Notes: generated from the sequence alone by a model not told the origin. Shown: positions 28,654 through 43,425, numbered from the stretch's first letter. The stretch is DNA of 64,000 nucleotides from Eledone cirrhosa (GCA_964016885.1 OZ024746.1:78554001-78618000), one strand, 5' to 3'. Numbers and translations: made by a program.

Positions 28654-28991
28654 GGAGGCACATGGCTTAGTGGTTAGAGCATTGGGCTTGCAATCGAAAG
28701 GTTGTGAGTTCAATTCTCAGACCGGGTGTTGTGTTGTTTCCTTGAGCAAGACACTTTATTTCACATTGCTCCAGTTTACTCAGCTGTAGAAATGAGATGA
28801 TAGGGACTGAGGTCCCTATCATTCCACTGCAAAGTGGTCGTGGAGGTGCCACGGCAAAAAAGCACCCAGCACTCACTGTAAATGAGGTTGGTCTTAGGAA
28901 GGGCATCCAGCTGTAGAAATCAAGCCTGAATCAGTTCCCGCCCCAACCTTGCAAGCAGGGAAAAGCAGACGTAAAATGATGATGATGATGA
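28654..28991 (+). mobile_element. tRNA-derived CORE-like SINE with RTE-type tail
   Basis: A box tggcttagtgg, B box gagttcaattc, CORE-like ccttgagcaagacacttt...cagctgtagaaatgag, tail shared with LINE, (gat)n. Confidence 0.88.
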
Positions 28992-29304
28992 TATATATAT
29001 ATATAAAACATCAATAGCATATATAGACACACACAAAAACAGCTTTTATATATATATATATATATATTTCTTTATTAGCCACAGGGGCACAAAAGAAGGG
29101 GACAAATACAAAGGGGGAAGTTTACATACAATATATATAACAATAATTGTTTCTACTTAAGGCACAAGGCCAGCAATTACCCAGTGCATTACTGAACAAT
29201 AATAGCATATATATACACAGAACAACAACAATAACAACAGAACAATATTGTTTAGTCAAATCTGCTCGATATTTTGTAATGAAGGTACTTGGATAATGTC
29301 TAAT

Positions 29305-29732
29305 AACAACCACAACAACCACCACAACTACCACCACCACAACAAGCACCGCCACCACCACCACAACCACCACCACCACAACAACCACCACAACAACCAC
29401 CGCCACAACAAGCACCACAACCACCACCACCACCACAACAACCACCACCACCACCACAACCACCACCACCACCACCACCACCACCACAACCACCACCACC
29501 ACCACCACAACAACAACCACCACCACAACCACCACCACAACCACAACAACCACCACCACAACCACAACAACCACAACCACCACCACCACCACAACAACCA
29601 CCACCACCACAACAACCACAACCAGTAACACAACCACAACAACCACCACCACCACAACAACCACAACCACCACCACAACCACAACAACCACCACCACAAC
29701 AACCACCACAACCACCACAACCACCACAACAT
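29305..29732. repeat. (CAC/AAC)n tract
   Basis: Direct reading. Confidence 0.9.
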
Positions 29733-29811
29733 CAATAGTTGAATTACTTTAATTCCACTGAGATGTGTGGTTTGTGTTAATATCTATTATAACAGGTTTT
29801 TATTTAGTTTT

Positions 29812-30009
29812 TAACTTTACCTTTCATCCTTACGGGGTCAATAAAATAAAGTACCAGTAATACACTGGGATTATTGCTGGCCTTGTGCAAAAAGTAGAAA
29901 CAATTATTTAGTTTTCTTGTGTTAATGATTTAGTACATATTTAGTCATATGTCATCATCATCATCATCATCACCACCATCATCATCATCATCACCACCAC
30001 CATCACCAC

Positions 30010-30050
<41 letters not shown>

Positions 30051-30250
30051 CTGTCATCATCATTGTCATCATCATCATTTTCGTATTCATTATTATTTTT
30101 GACGCATAGAGTTACGGCCCTTGCCATTCTGAGTTCAAATCCCACCGAGGTCAACTTTGCCTTTCATCCTTACGGGGTCGATAAAATAAAGTACCAGTAA
30201 TGCACTGGGTAATTGCTGGCCTTGTGCCAAAAGTAGAAACAATTATCATT
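29812..30250 (+). mobile_element. Two Nin-like SINE pieces (29812-29909, 30100-30250) separated by (CAT)n
   Basis: cctttcatccttacggggtcgataaaataaagtaccag. Confidence 0.75.
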
Positions 30251-30596
30251 GTTATCATATTATCATCATTGTCATCATTGTCATCATCATCATCATCATC
30301 AACATCACCACTATCATTTTCATCATCACCATGATCATAACTATCATCATTGTCATCATTATGATTGTCGTTGTCATCAGTCATCAGTCATCAGTCATCA
30401 TCATCCTCATAACGACTGCCATCATCATCACCATCATCATCATCATCACCATCACCATCACCATCATCATCATCATCATCATCATCATATCAATGTCTTG
30501 TCATGTTACCCAGCCTGTCACAGTTGGATCTACTCTGGACAGAAATCATTAAGACTAATGTACTTATTATATTACTGTAACTTAACTACTGATTTT

Positions 30597-30648
<52 letters not shown>

Positions 30649-30790
30649 ATAGTTCTCACCTCTCTATTTCTTACTATATACACACATATATATGCTGACA
30701 TATACCCCCCATCCCCCTCACACTCTCAAGAGCGTGAAACTAATAAACCTTTGTTCGCACTGCCTCTCTGTTTTGTTCCCATTCCATTTT

Positions 30791-30860
<70 letters not shown>

Positions 30861-30891
30861 TATATATACACACATATACATATATATATGT

Positions 30892-31287
30892 AGGCACATG
30901 GCTTAATGGTTAGAGCAAGCATTGGCCTTGCAATCGAAAGGTTGTGAGTTCAATTCTCAGACTGGGTGATGTGTTGTTTCCTTGAGCGAGACACTTTATT
31001 TCACATTGCTCCAGTTTACTCAGCTGTAGAAATGAGATGCAAAGTGGTCGTGGAGGTGCCACGGCAAAAAAGCATCCACCACTCACTGTAAATGAGGTTG
31101 GTGTTAGGAAGGGCATCCAGCTGTAGAAATCAAGTCAGAATCAGTTCCCGTCCTATGTGTGTGTGTGTGAAGGTGTGTGGCTGAGTGGTTAGAGAATTAG
31201 ATTTACAATCTTGAGGTTGTGAGTTCGATTCTTGGACCGGGCGATGAGTTATGTCCTTGAGCAAGACACTTTATTTCACGTTGCTCC
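30892..31287 (+). mobile_element. Two CORE-like SINE copies (30892-31155; 31169-31287 partial)
   Basis: tRNA head plus ccttgagcaagacactttatttcac. Confidence 0.8.
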
Positions 31288-31400
31288 TTCTACCTGGAGT
31301 TGCAACCGATAGATAGTATTAGCAACTGGAAAGACCAATGGAAACATTGTTTCCTCGGTCCGATTTGACGAAAGTCGATTGATCCTTTACATATATATAA

Positions 31401-31807
31401 AAATATATAGTAAAACCTACTCCAGCCAGTAGGCATCTCTAACAAAATACACCCCGTCCCACCACCACCACCCCCACCCGATCCACACCACCCCGTTCTA
31501 TGTAAAGTTATGTTGGTGCCGCGCCATCGAGGCCGAAACAAATGAGATCGTGTAGGTGTCACGACAAAAAAACACACAGTCCACGCTGTAATGTGGCCGT
31601 GTAGGCAACACGGTAAAAACCTCCCAGACCCACGCTGTAAATGTGGTTGGTGTTAGGAAGGGCATCCAACTGTAGAAAACCTGCCAGACAGTCCTATGCG
31701 AGCAAGACAATCACTCTTGCCTCAAGTGGGACTACCCCCGTCCAAACCCATGCAAGCGTGGAACACGGACGTTAAACGTTGATGATGATGATGATGATGA
31801 TGATGAT
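31401..31807 (+). mobile_element. Near-identical copy of the RTE LINE 3' UTR
   Basis: Matches 22465-22865 with only a few substitutions. Confidence 0.95.
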
Positions 31808-31981
31808 ATATATATATATATATATATATATCAGCATATAGACACATATATATATATATATATCAGCATATAGACACATATATATATATATATATATCAG
31901 CATATATATGTGATGACAATGACTACCACTACAGGGATTGAAGATTCAAGACCTTAGGAGTATGTCGTATAACCAATCTCT

Positions 31982-32052
31982 TATATATTTTATCTGATGA
32001 AAACGTACTGAAACACCAATGTACCTTTGAAACATGTATAATAAAATATATA
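31982..32052 (+). ncRNA. Type I hammerhead motif (family A-related)
   Basis: 12-bp stem I tatatattttat/ataaaatatata; CTGATGA; aaa c gtac...gtac c ttt; GAAA; catgta (one mismatch); TA. Confidence 0.7.
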
Positions 32053-32101
32053 CTTTGGTTATGATAATATTTCTCATTTAATAATATTTTGAATAATAAT
32101 A

Positions 32102-32137
<36 letters not shown>

Positions 32138-32174
32138 CAAACACATACAAACACACTTTATATATCTATATATA

Positions 32175-32408
32175 TCATCATCATCATCATCGTTTAATGT
32201 CTATCTTCCACACTAGCATGGGTTAGATGAGAATTGTCCCACTTGAGGCAAGATTGGTCGGATGACCGTGTCTCACTCGTATAGGACTGCCTGGCAGGTT
32301 TTCTACGGCTGGATGCCCTTCCTAACACCAACCACATTTACAGTGTGGACTGGGAGTGTTTTACCGTGTTACCTACACGGCCACATTACAGCGTGGACTG
32401 TGTGTTTT
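32175..32408 (-). mobile_element. RTE 3' UTR-related fragment
   Basis: rc similarity to 22635-22860. Confidence 0.8.
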
Positions 32409-32433
32409 TATATTTACAAACACATACAAACAC

Positions 32434-32481
<48 letters not shown>

Positions 32482-32482
<1 letters not shown>

Positions 32483-32856
32483 TCAGCCGTTAATATGCAT
32501 AAGGAAAGTATATACTTTCGGACATTCAACTATCTGGCAGGAAGGTATACGTTGTTGACGATAGCTAACAAGCTTGAAACTAGTACAGCGTTCCTTTGTC
32601 AGTGTTGAACAAACGACCAACGGTGGTTGCTAGACACTACGGTTTAATTCGGGATGTTTGTTTACAAACACACCGAGCATTATAATAAATGTTTGGTGAA
32701 TCCATACGTACATATATATATGTGTGCATGTATGTATATATATATATACATACTAGTGTACGTCTGTATACATATATGTAAGTACGTATACATACTTATA
32801 TTTAAGTAACAGCTGTACTAAGAGTGGGAAATGAAATTTTGTTTCATTTTTTCCAT
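32482..32856 (+). mobile_element. Family B element; HHR at 32549-32591 with C3U core mutation
   Basis: acgttg-TTGACGA-tagctaacaagctt-GAAA-ctag-TA/cagcgt. Confidence 0.85.
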
Positions 32857-33299
32857 TTATATATGAAGTATTTCCGTAGAAAGGGTAAAGGCAGGGAGAG
32901 TGCTCTGTCTATGTTACAGAGACATACATACATATATACATGTATCTCCCTTAGCCATCACTATCTATTACAATCTATCTATTCCCTTTCTCTCCCTCTC
33001 TGCCTCTCTCCTGTGTTTCTAGTTGTGTTGATGATGATGATGGTACATTTGTTGATTGGGAAGCATAAGATGTGAACTAACTGAAGCCTTAGAGTGCCTG
33101 TTTGTGTTCTCTGTTCAAACCCTACGCTGGTCAACTTTGCCTTTTTAATCATTCAAGAACACTGGACTGATGGTGTCATTGGTGTGTTGGATAGGATACT
33201 GATCCATCTAGGAAGGTAGTGACTTTGATTAAGTACTGAGCTGATCTCTAACAACCCATCCAAACCATCAATCAATCAATAGGTCACACTGCTTTCACA

Positions 33300-33625
33300 G
33301 ATTCCCTTGATTCTCTGTTGCCATTCAATTCTATTATTTATCATATTTAGCAAGTCAGAAGGATTGCAGTTTATGTTGTCTCAAATCTGCTTAATATAGG
33401 TGTTAGTTTGTCGACCCCTGATAACTCCTCCTTGTGTAGGCTCCCACAGAAGAACTTCACTAACAATTTCATCTTTAGCTTTCCAGCAATGCCCTGCCAA
33501 TCTGACTCTACACTCTTTGATGATGTCCAATACTAGACCAATGTTCCCATACACTTGCTCATTGGTCAGATCATTTCTCCTTGTGATATTCAATTCCACT
33601 CTTAGCATGGGAGTGTAAGTTCCAT
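33300..33625 (-). mobile_element. Old RTE-type LINE C-terminal remnant
   Basis: MLRVELNI...RVRLAGHCWKAKDEIVSEVLLWEPTQGGVIRGRQ. Confidence 0.75.
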
Positions 33626-33667
33626 CTAAACCATGTTAGCATAGAGCAACATGTAAAGTGATGATCA

Positions 33668-33965
33668 TGTCTATATATGTATGTTTGCATGTATGTATCA
33701 ATGTATGTTTGTATGTATGTTTGCATGTATGTATCAATGTATGTTTGTATGTATGTTTGCATGTATGTATCAATGTATGTTTGCATGTATGTATCAATGT
33801 ATGTTTGTATGTATGTTTGCATGTATGTATCAATGTATGTTTGTATGTATGTTTGCATGTATGTATCAATGTATGTTTGTATGTATGTTTGCATGTATGT
33901 ATCAATGTATGTTTGCATGTATGTGTCTATGTATGTTTGTATGTATCTATGTATGTTTGTATATA
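33668..33965. repeat. Compound (TATG)-based minisatellite
   Basis: tgtatgtatgtttgcatgtatgtatcaa units. Confidence 0.9.
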
Positions 33966-34159
33966 TGCAATGAGACATTTTGAGGCAATGTTTTACGGCC
34001 AGATGTCTTTCTTGACACCAACCCTTGCCTCTTACAACATGTTGATACACATGGCAATAAGTTGTATACACTATAATAACACTCCACACTACCACACCAC
34101 ATTCCACCAACACCATGCAATACCACTAGCAACCTAAGTACATCTCTATCCAACAATCA

Positions 34160-35572
34160 CAACTACACCACACAACACTACTACACCACACCACACTACT
34201 ACACCACACAACACAACTACACCACACAACACTACTACACCACACAACACAACTACACCACACAACACAACTACATCACAACTACACCACACACCACTAC
34301 TACACCACACAACACTACTACACCACACAACACAACTACACCACACACCACTACTATACCACACACCACTACTACACCACACAACACTACTACACCACAC
34401 AACACTACTACACCACACAACACAACTACATCACAACTATACCACACACCACTACTACACCACACACCACTACTACACCACACAACACTACTACACCACA
34501 CAACACTACTACACCACATAACACAACTACATCACAACTACACCACACACCACTACTACACCACACAACACTACTACACCACACAACACTACTACACCAC
34601 ACAACACAACTACATCACACACCACTACTACACCACACAACACTACTACACCACACAACACTACTACACCACACAACACAACTACATCACAACTACACCA
34701 CACACCACTACTACACCACACAACACAACTACACCACACACCACTACTATACCACACACCACTACTACACCACACAACCCTACTACACCACACAACCCTA
34801 CTACACCACACAACACTACTACACCACATAACACAACTACATCACAACTACACCACACACCACTACTACACCACACAACACTACTATACCACACCTCACC
34901 TACATCTCTATACCACACACCATACCACAATTACATCTCTATACCACACAACCACACCCTATCAGCAAAGCCTTGCAACACCAGCAAGCTAAGTACACTA
35001 ACTTATCACTGTTCAACACAACTACACTACACTACACTACACCACATCTACTCTGCACCACACAACACATCAAACTACTCAACACCATGCCATCACTACA
35101 CCACACTTCACACCACACTACACTACACCACACCACACCACACCACACATCACATCTACACCACACCACATCACACCATGCCACATCACACTGCACCACA
35201 CCGCACCACACCACACATCACATCTACACCACACCACATCACACCATGCCACATCACACCGCACCACACCACATCTACACCACACCACATCTACACCTCA
35301 CCACACCACATCTACACCACACCACATCTACACCTCACCACACCACATCTACATCACACCACACCACACATCACATCACACCACACCACATCTACATCAC
35401 ATCACACCACACCACATCCACACCACACCACACCACACCACACATCACATCTAGACAACACCACACACCACATCTAGACAACACCACACACCACATCTAC
35501 ACCACACCATACACCACATCTACACCACACCACACACCACATCTACACCACACCACACATCACATCACATCA
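34160..35572. repeat. 18-bp actacaccacacaacact minisatellite and (CACAC)n tract
   Basis: Direct reading. Confidence 0.9.
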
Positions 35573-35604
35573 TACAAAGACACAGAAAGAGAAGAGATGC
35601 AGTA

Positions 35605-35656
<52 letters not shown>

Positions 35657-35821
35657 TCAGTATATAAAATGTTAACAGTGTTCAAGTTGTTAATTCTCAT
35701 TGACAAATGTGTTATGGTGTTATGGTGATGTAAATTTACTGGAGTGGCTTTCTGGCTATCATCACTTGAAGCTCTTAGTCGCATATACCCACCCCCTCTC
35801 TCTCTCCCCTTTCTCTCTGTA

Positions 35822-35854
<33 letters not shown>

Positions 35855-36469
35855 CTATCTATATCTCCCCCCCTCTCTCTCTCTCTCATCATTAGCAGGC
35901 CCCTACACTCAACCTCACTGCACCTCTTACTCCTCACACACTTTGGCTATCATCACTAGCAATTCTCAGTTACATTCATTAGCAGGGGTCCACTCAACTT
36001 CACTACACCCTCTCTCTCCCTCTCTCCCCACCCACCCCTCTGTCTATCATCACTACCAGCTCTCAGTGGAGAACACTCTGGCTTCCAGATTGCATGCATT
36101 AGCGGGTTCCACTCAACCTCACTACACCCTCTACCACACTCTCTCCCCCTCTCTATACCAACCACCTTCACCTGTCTCATCCAATTGTGCTCTCATTTTG
36201 CACTGCATCTTCAACTAGCTTGTTGCACCTCCTTTTCCCTTCCCTCCTCTCCCCTCCCTTCTCTGTCTTCCTTTCCTTCTCTTTCTTCCCCTCCTCATTC
36301 TTCTTTTCCTTCTCTTTCTTCCCCTCCTTCTCATTCTTCCTTTCCTTCTCTTTTTTCCCTTCTCTTTCCTCCTTATCTGGTAACCAGCTCACTATCCAAC
36401 CAGTCCTGGCTGCTATTTCCAGCAAGCCAAACAACCCTGTACAGCAGGAACCTTTATTGGCTTTTTATA

Positions 36470-37215
36470 GTTGTTGTTGGTGATGGTGCTGGTGTTGGTC
36501 CTGATGGTATTTCTAGTGTTGGTGTTGGTAGTGTTGGTGCTGGTAGTGTTGGTGTTGGTGTTGATAGTGTTGGTGTTGGTAGTGTTGGTGTTGGTAGTGT
36601 TGGTGTTGGTAGTGTTGGTGCTGGTAGTGTTGGTGTTGGTGTTGATAGTGTTGGTAGTGTTGGTAGTGTTGGTAGTGTTGGTAGTGTTGGTGCTGGTAGT
36701 GTTGGTGTTGATAGTGTTGGTAGTGTTGGTAGTGTTGGTAGTGTTGGTAGTGTTGGTAGTGTTGGTAGTGTTGGTAGTGTTGGTGTTGGTAGTGTTGGTG
36801 CTGGTAGTGTTGGTGTTGGTGTTGATAGTGTTGGTAGTGTTGGTAGTGTTGGTGTTGGTAGTGTTGGTAGTGTTGGTGTTGGTAGTGCTGGTGTTGGTAG
36901 TGTTGGTGCTGGTGCTGGTAGTGTTGGTGTTGGTAGTGTTGGTGTTGGTAGTGTTGGTAGTGTTGGTGTTGGTAGTGTTGGTAGTGTTGGTGTTGGTAGT
37001 GTTGGTAGTGTTGGTGTTGGTAGTGTTGGTAGTGGTGGTGTTGGTAGTGTTGGTAGTGTTGGTGCTGGTGTTGGTGTTGGTAGTGTTGGTAGTGGTAGTG
37101 TTGGTGTTGGTGTTGGTAGTGTTGGTGCTGGTAGTGTTGGTAGTGGTAGTGTTGGTGCTGGTAGTGTTGGTAGTGTTGGTAGTGGTAGTGTTGGTAGTGT
37201 TGGTGTTGGTGCTGG
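36470..37215. repeat. (ggtagtgtt/ggtgtt)n minisatellite
   Basis: Direct reading; Gly-Ser-Val ORF is artefactual. Confidence 0.9.
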
Positions 37216-37235
37216 TCTGTGCCCTTTCTCCACGT

Positions 37236-37462
37236 AATAGTGTCTAATTTTGGCACACGGCCAGCAATTTCTGAGAAAGGGGAAAAGAAAAGGAGTAGTC
37301 GATTCTATCAACTCCAGTACTTGACTGGTACTTTAATTTATCAACCCCAAAAGGATGAAAGGCAAAGTTGACTTCGGCGGGATTTGAACTCCGAATGTAA
37401 AGAGCCAGAGCAAATACTGCAAGGTATTTTGTCCAACGCTCTAACAATTCTACTAATCCACC
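37236..37462 (-). mobile_element. Nin-like SINE
   Basis: rc B box ggatttgaactc and aggatgaaaggcaaagttgac. Confidence 0.75.
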
Positions 37463-37621
37463 ACCTTCCCTTCCTAGCTCCACTTCAGGACACAGAAAGA
37501 CCTTGTTTTAATGACTGACAGCATGTTTGTTTGTCCATTGGTGTTGTTTTCAAATGGTCTGACCATAGGCTATCATCACCACCTCTCTCTCTCTCTCTCT
37601 CTCTCCCCCCTTCTCCCCCCC

Positions 37622-37673
<52 letters not shown>

Positions 37674-38614
37674 TATAAAGTTCTGCTGCATGTCTGTAGG
37701 TCATCTCTAGGCAAACAGTTGCTTGATGGGGGATGTTTACAATGTCCATTACACATAAGACACAAGCATGCTCATATACAGATATAAATGTAATGCGTAT
37801 GTATGCATACATATATGCATACATATGCATGCATATATGTAACTGTGTATACACACACGCATGCACACACATGCATGCACACACCATATATATGTATATA
37901 CATACACTCTGACATATATATTATATACACAAGGTTGAATGGAATGGTAAAGGCTGGTTAGATGGTTAGTTGGTTCCCATATACCATAGTGGTGGTGGTG
38001 GTAGTGGTAGGAGGTGGTGGTTATGGTGGTAGGAGGTAGTTGGTGGTGGGTGGTGGTGGTGGTTATGGTGGTAGTGGTAGGAGGTGGTGGTGGTGGTGGG
38101 AGGTAGTTGTTTCTAATGTATAATGCAAATAGATATGTTGATAGATAAGACCATCTTCAGTGTACACAGACACACACAGACACACACACATATGCACAAA
38201 CATTCACACACACACATTTAGCCAACACATATTCACATACACTTCACACAGGGAACAAACACAACAGTTATAATATCAACAATACTGTAGCTGCCACTCT
38301 ATACACCCACATACACAGTCATACACACATACACACAGAGTCATACACACACACACACACACAGTCACAGTTTGTGAAGTTATGATGCCTCCTGTGTACA
38401 CATAGGGCTATATAAATGGCTTTAGTATATATACATACATGCATATATATATATACTCACACACATAGATGCATGAACATATACACAAACACACACGCAT
38501 ATATATATATATATCATCATCATCGTATATATATATATATGTGCATCTATGTGAGTATATATATATATATACATGCATAATAATACACACACAACATATA
38601 AAATGATTTACATC

Positions 38615-38692
<78 letters not shown>

Positions 38693-38792
38693 ATGTATGC
38701 ATGCATATATGTATGCATGTATATATCAAGATGTATTTATCTGAAAGTGTGTGTGCCTGTAAGATTAATACACAGATGGACATGGATATGTG

Positions 38793-38854
<62 letters not shown>

Positions 38855-38989
38855 AAACACATATGTAAGATGTTAGGCTATCTTTGTATACATACATATT
38901 AATTGCATGTGTAAGATAATATTTTGTGTACATTAAACGACATTGGAATTATATGTGTGTGTATGCAAGCAGGGAAAAGTGGACGTAAA

Positions 38990-39021
<32 letters not shown>

Positions 39022-41186
39022 ATATATATATATATTTGTACACACATACATACATACGTATATATCCAAATTGAGAGGCTGATAACCACAGATGTAACTG
39101 TTGCCAGTTTTACCATATATATGTGTGTGTGAGTGTATATATATATATACAAGGTTTGCGAAGGGTTATCATTAAGATATGTATGTATAGATCCAACCTA
39201 CAGCATACAATGTGACCTGACCGACCTCATGCTTCCCCCGCCCCATGCCTCCACTACCATCCCCAACAGTTATCTTCAACATCACTACTTCAACCCCAAC
39301 ATGCATGCTCCCCCCCCCCCCTCCTGTGATGTGGTTGGTGATGGGAAGGGCATTCAGCCATGGATGGCTAAACAAACAAAGGGTAGGTTGGACCCTTCAG
39401 TCATTTCAAGGACATGACAGCCTCCCTCGTGTTTGGTGACCTACAATGATAAACACACCCAGTACATGCTGTAAAGTGGTTGGTGATAGGAAGGGCATCC
39501 AGCTGTAGAAGTCTTGCCAGACAAAGATTTGAGAGAACCCTCAGTTGTGTTAAAAGACATGACAACCTCTCTTGTGCACCCAATGGAGCGTCAAATGTAC
39601 ATAGAGTGAAACACAAATCCCTGGCCTGCCTGGGAGATCAGTGGCTCTGCTTCAGTACTGACTTGGGCTGTGTAGACCTGTCCAACCCTTACTAGGAGGG
39701 AAAGCAGACATTAAAATGGCAATGATGATGAGTGAGTTTACTTATATGTTTATAGAAGCCTGGTTGAATGGTGTTTACATAGCAAACAACTAAGTACTTC
39801 ATCTTCCTTCGCTACAAAAACAACAAAAATATATCAATAACAATTAAAATATTGATAATCTGACCAAGTTGTCCAAGACTGCCCCATTCTCATCTACCCC
39901 CATTCTCACCTCCCCATTCTCGTGTCCCCCTCTCTCTCCCTCCCTCCCCCTCTCTCTCCCTCCCCTCTCTCTCTCCCTCCCTCTCTTTCTCTCTCTATGG
40001 CCTACCTCTCAATACCATCACCATGTCCAAATTTGTTTGCTTGGTTGCTTTGTAGACCTATGGCTAAAGCTAAGCTTTCTGTTTGTGGAAGGGAATAAAA
40101 TCTGTTATTAGAACATTCAACACTGACTGGCTGTGTGTGTGTGTATGTGTGTAACACTGCTTTGCTCTGTGTGTGTATGTGTTTAACACTGCCTTGCTCT
40201 GTGTGTGTTCAACACTGACTTACTGTGTGTCTGGTCAACACTGACTGTCTCTCTGTGTATATATGTGTGTATTCAACTCTGATTGTTGGTGTGTGCGTGA
40301 CAGTGTATTTAACACTGATTACTATTGGTGTGTGTGTATTCAACAGAGATCATTAGTGTGTGTGTGTGTGTTTAACATTGACCAGTGGTGTTCTATGTTG
40401 TGTCAGTGACTGGAAGTATGCAAGAGCATATGCCTGTCTGTGTGTGTATGTGTGTGTGTCTGTTTGTATGTATGTGTGTCTGTTTGTATGTATGTGTGTT
40501 TGTAATTGTGTTTATTTGTGTGTGTGTGTATTTCTATGTCTGTCTGTCAGTGTATGTGTGTGGTTTGTATCATTTAAAATGGATGCCATGAAGGAATGGA
40601 ATCTGATTGCTTTTTGCCTATTTTTGGTGTATGACCTTGTTGTATCAAATAGAGAGAGAGAGAGAGTGATAAGGATATTATCATCATCTTTGTCCATTTT
40701 TCTTTTGCTTCCATTGGTGCCCTTCTTTTACAGTAGCCAGTTTCTCATACAATACAATATTAAGCAGGCAATAATTCTCCATTGAGGAGACACACACTGC
40801 TCAGTGTAGTTGCATCTTCAACTGCATGAACCTGGTACTGGTTACCTCTGCTTGTTCAATGACTTCAGTATCGGTAACAAATTCACTCCAGCAGATATTG
40901 AGGATAATGTGAAGGCAGTGCTTCCTGAAGAAGACAAGTGCTTTCTCTTACATTTTTTTTCTCTGTGTAGGAAGAGAATATCTGAATGTTTTTCTACATT
41001 TTCACCGCTTCATCATCATCATCGTTTAACAACTATTTTCCACGCTAGAATGGGCTTATAAACTATAATTATAGTTTACAGAAAGAATAACAATGTTTTT
41101 CACATTTGTTTGTGTTTTCTTACAGCAAGGCTTGTATACTGTAATTATATCTGAGATTACCAGGTGTATTTTTTTTCTTTCTACAG

Positions 41187-41344
41187 GTGCCTGGTTGAGA
41201 TTGTGGACTGTTGTCAGTATCTTGCACAGCAAAGTGGTGACTTTAGTCACAGTGGAGTGACCACAGTACTAATTAGTAATGACCTAAACACATGCGATGG
41301 ATCAAACTTCATTAAGGATATGCAAAACAAAGGCCAATGCCAAG
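41187..41344 (+). CDS. SMG5: Penultimate coding exon of SMG5-like NMD factor (PIN domain)
   Basis: Acceptor ttttttctttctacag, donor caag/gtaggt; CLVEIVDCCQYLAQQSGDFSHSGVTTVLIS resembles, from memory, human SMG5 TLYKILDSCKQLTLAQGAGEEDPSGMVTIIT; phase-compatible with exon at 48190. Confidence 0.75.
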
Positions 41345-41478
41345 GTAGGTATTTCCTTCCTTTCAAATTTCTTTCTCCCAGAACAACAAAGAGCAATGTC
41401 AACATTGATGAAAGGTTGGAATTCATCTTTCCTGGCAGCAGTAAAATAAATACTGACCAGTTATATTTCTAAATTGAA

Positions 41479-41744
41479 TTAACACTTTCAATACCATATT
41501 TCTAATGAAAGACACAGCCTGCAATTTTTAAGTCATTTTGAAAAAAATCAAGAACTTGGAGAGATTTAGTAATATAAGTAACATTCTCATTATTAATCTT
41601 GTGTTTGGAATATAACTTAACAAAAGTTCTTTCAGAAATTCTTATGATAGATAATTTTTAGATAAATATAAACCCTTTAGAATTAACAGCTTTTTATTGA
41701 AGAAGAAGGAGTGATTTCAGGTGGTTTGATATCAAAAGGGTTAA
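41479..41744. mobile_element. TTAA-type (piggyBac-like) MITE
   Basis: ttaa-cactttcaatacc ... gatatcaaaaggg-ttaa. Confidence 0.65.
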
Positions 41745-41824
41745 TCAACTATAGTAATCCTCCAGAAACTTTTGTGCCAATGTTATAAGCCTTTCTGTGT
41801 GTGTTGTTGTTGTTTTCTTCCAGA

Positions 41825-42150
41825 TTCTGTAAAGTGGTCGTTGTGGTGCCATGATAAAAAGCATGCAGCCCACCCTGTAAAGTGGTCGTTACCGTGCCAC
41901 ACAAAAATAGCACCCAGTCCATGCTGTAAAGTGGTCATGTAGGTGTCACGACAGAAAGCACCCAGCACACATTGTAAATCTGGTTGGCATTAGGAAGGGC
42001 ATCCAGCCATAGAAACCAAGCCAGATAACAGTTCTGTATGAGTGAGACACGGTCACCTGACCTGACTTGTTTCAGATGGGACAATTCATCTAACCCATGC
42101 TAGCATGGAAAATGGATGTTAAAGCCTGATGGTAATGATGAGGATGATGT
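41825..42150 (+). mobile_element. RTE-tail-related repeat with internal tandem duplications
   Basis: ctgtaaagtggtc units, taggaagggcatccagcc, (gat)n tail. Confidence 0.7.
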
Positions 42151-42492
42151 ACACATGACTATCTCTAAGTGATAAAACAATATTTCAACCTGGTTCTACG
42201 CCACCTAAATCCTGAGCTCTTGTAGCCAATAAAAAAAGAAAAACACCTGATGATTACTGGATCATCTACTGTCTGTTGAATCTCAACAAGAACCTTGGAC
42301 AGACAGTCAGTTCCTCAGTATATGTTCTGTGCCCAACAGGGCTGTCTGTTATAGTAGAGCAATTTCTGATTGAAGGTCTGTTTACTCAAGATAGCCTCTC
42401 AGTTTTAGTGGTATCAAACCTAAAGCTCCTATGACAACTGGAATTATCTTGATGTTGCTAGGTGGCACAATATCAATCCATTATTATTATGA

Positions 42493-42686
42493 GCGGTGGA
42501 TTGGCAGTATCGGTAGAGGGTCGGACGCCATGCTTTCCAACATAGTTACGTCCCTTTACGATCTGAGTTCAAATCCCGCCGAGGTTGACTTTGCCTTTCA
42601 TCCTTACGGGGTCGATAAAATAAAGTACCAGTAATGCACTGGGTAATTGCTGGCCTTGTGCCTAAAGTAGAAACAATTATTATTAT

Positions 42687-42719
<33 letters not shown>

Positions 42720-43270
42720 CATTATTTATTATTATTATTATTATTGGGGAATTTTTCTTGTATTTTTCTTGTTACTTGTTATTCATATTGTTTACTCGAT
42801 TTTTCTGTTAAAACCCCACTGTCCCAATCTTTTGTATTGTCCCCTATATGTCGGCCCTTGTGGCCAATAAATGAAATCATTAATAAGTTACGTCCCTTTA
42901 CGGTCTGAGTTCAAATCCCACCGAGGTTAACTTTGCCTTTCATCCTTACGGGGGTCGATAAAATGAAGTACCAGTAATACACTGGGTAATTGCTGACCTT
43001 GTGCCAAAAGTAGAAACAATTATTATTATTATAATTGGATTAGAAGACTCGGTAGTGCGTCAGACACCCTGCTTCGCAGCAGAGAGTTACAGCCCTTTAA
43101 GTTATGAGTTCAAATCCAGCCAAGGTTAGCTTTGCCTTTGCTTCTTACGAGGTCGATAAAATAAAGCACCAGTAATGCACTGGGGTCGATTTAATCGACT
43201 TTCCCCTCCTCTCCCAAAATTGCTGGCCTTTTGCCAAATATAGAAACAATTATTATTATTATTATTATTA
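42493..43270 (+). mobile_element. Cluster of three Nin-like SINEs (42493-42690, 42886-43030, 43036-43270)
   Basis: Repeated gagttcaaatccc...ggggtcgataaaa...gtagaaacaattatt. Confidence 0.85.
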
Positions 43271-43425
43271 TTAATATCATCATCATTCTCTGTAATGGCT
43301 CTTTCTATTATTGGAAGAAAGTACTGCCATTAGAGCAGTATTATCTACTTGAGGCTATAAATACTTACCTGTATTTCTAAGGGAAGGCGAAGGTGAAGAA
43401 AAAGATCACGAGAGTGTGAGAAAAG

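Noticed and set aside
28654-28725. tRNA gene
   Set aside because: tRNA-like head continues into SINE body present in several copies; no acceptor stem closure
40810-40937. Candidate upstream SMG5 exon (…NDFSIGNKF…)
   Set aside because: Only faint resemblance to EFKKGNRY; weak splice sites
43360-43425. Strong minus-strand donor cag/gtaagta
   Set aside because: No supporting acceptor or recognisable coding sequence
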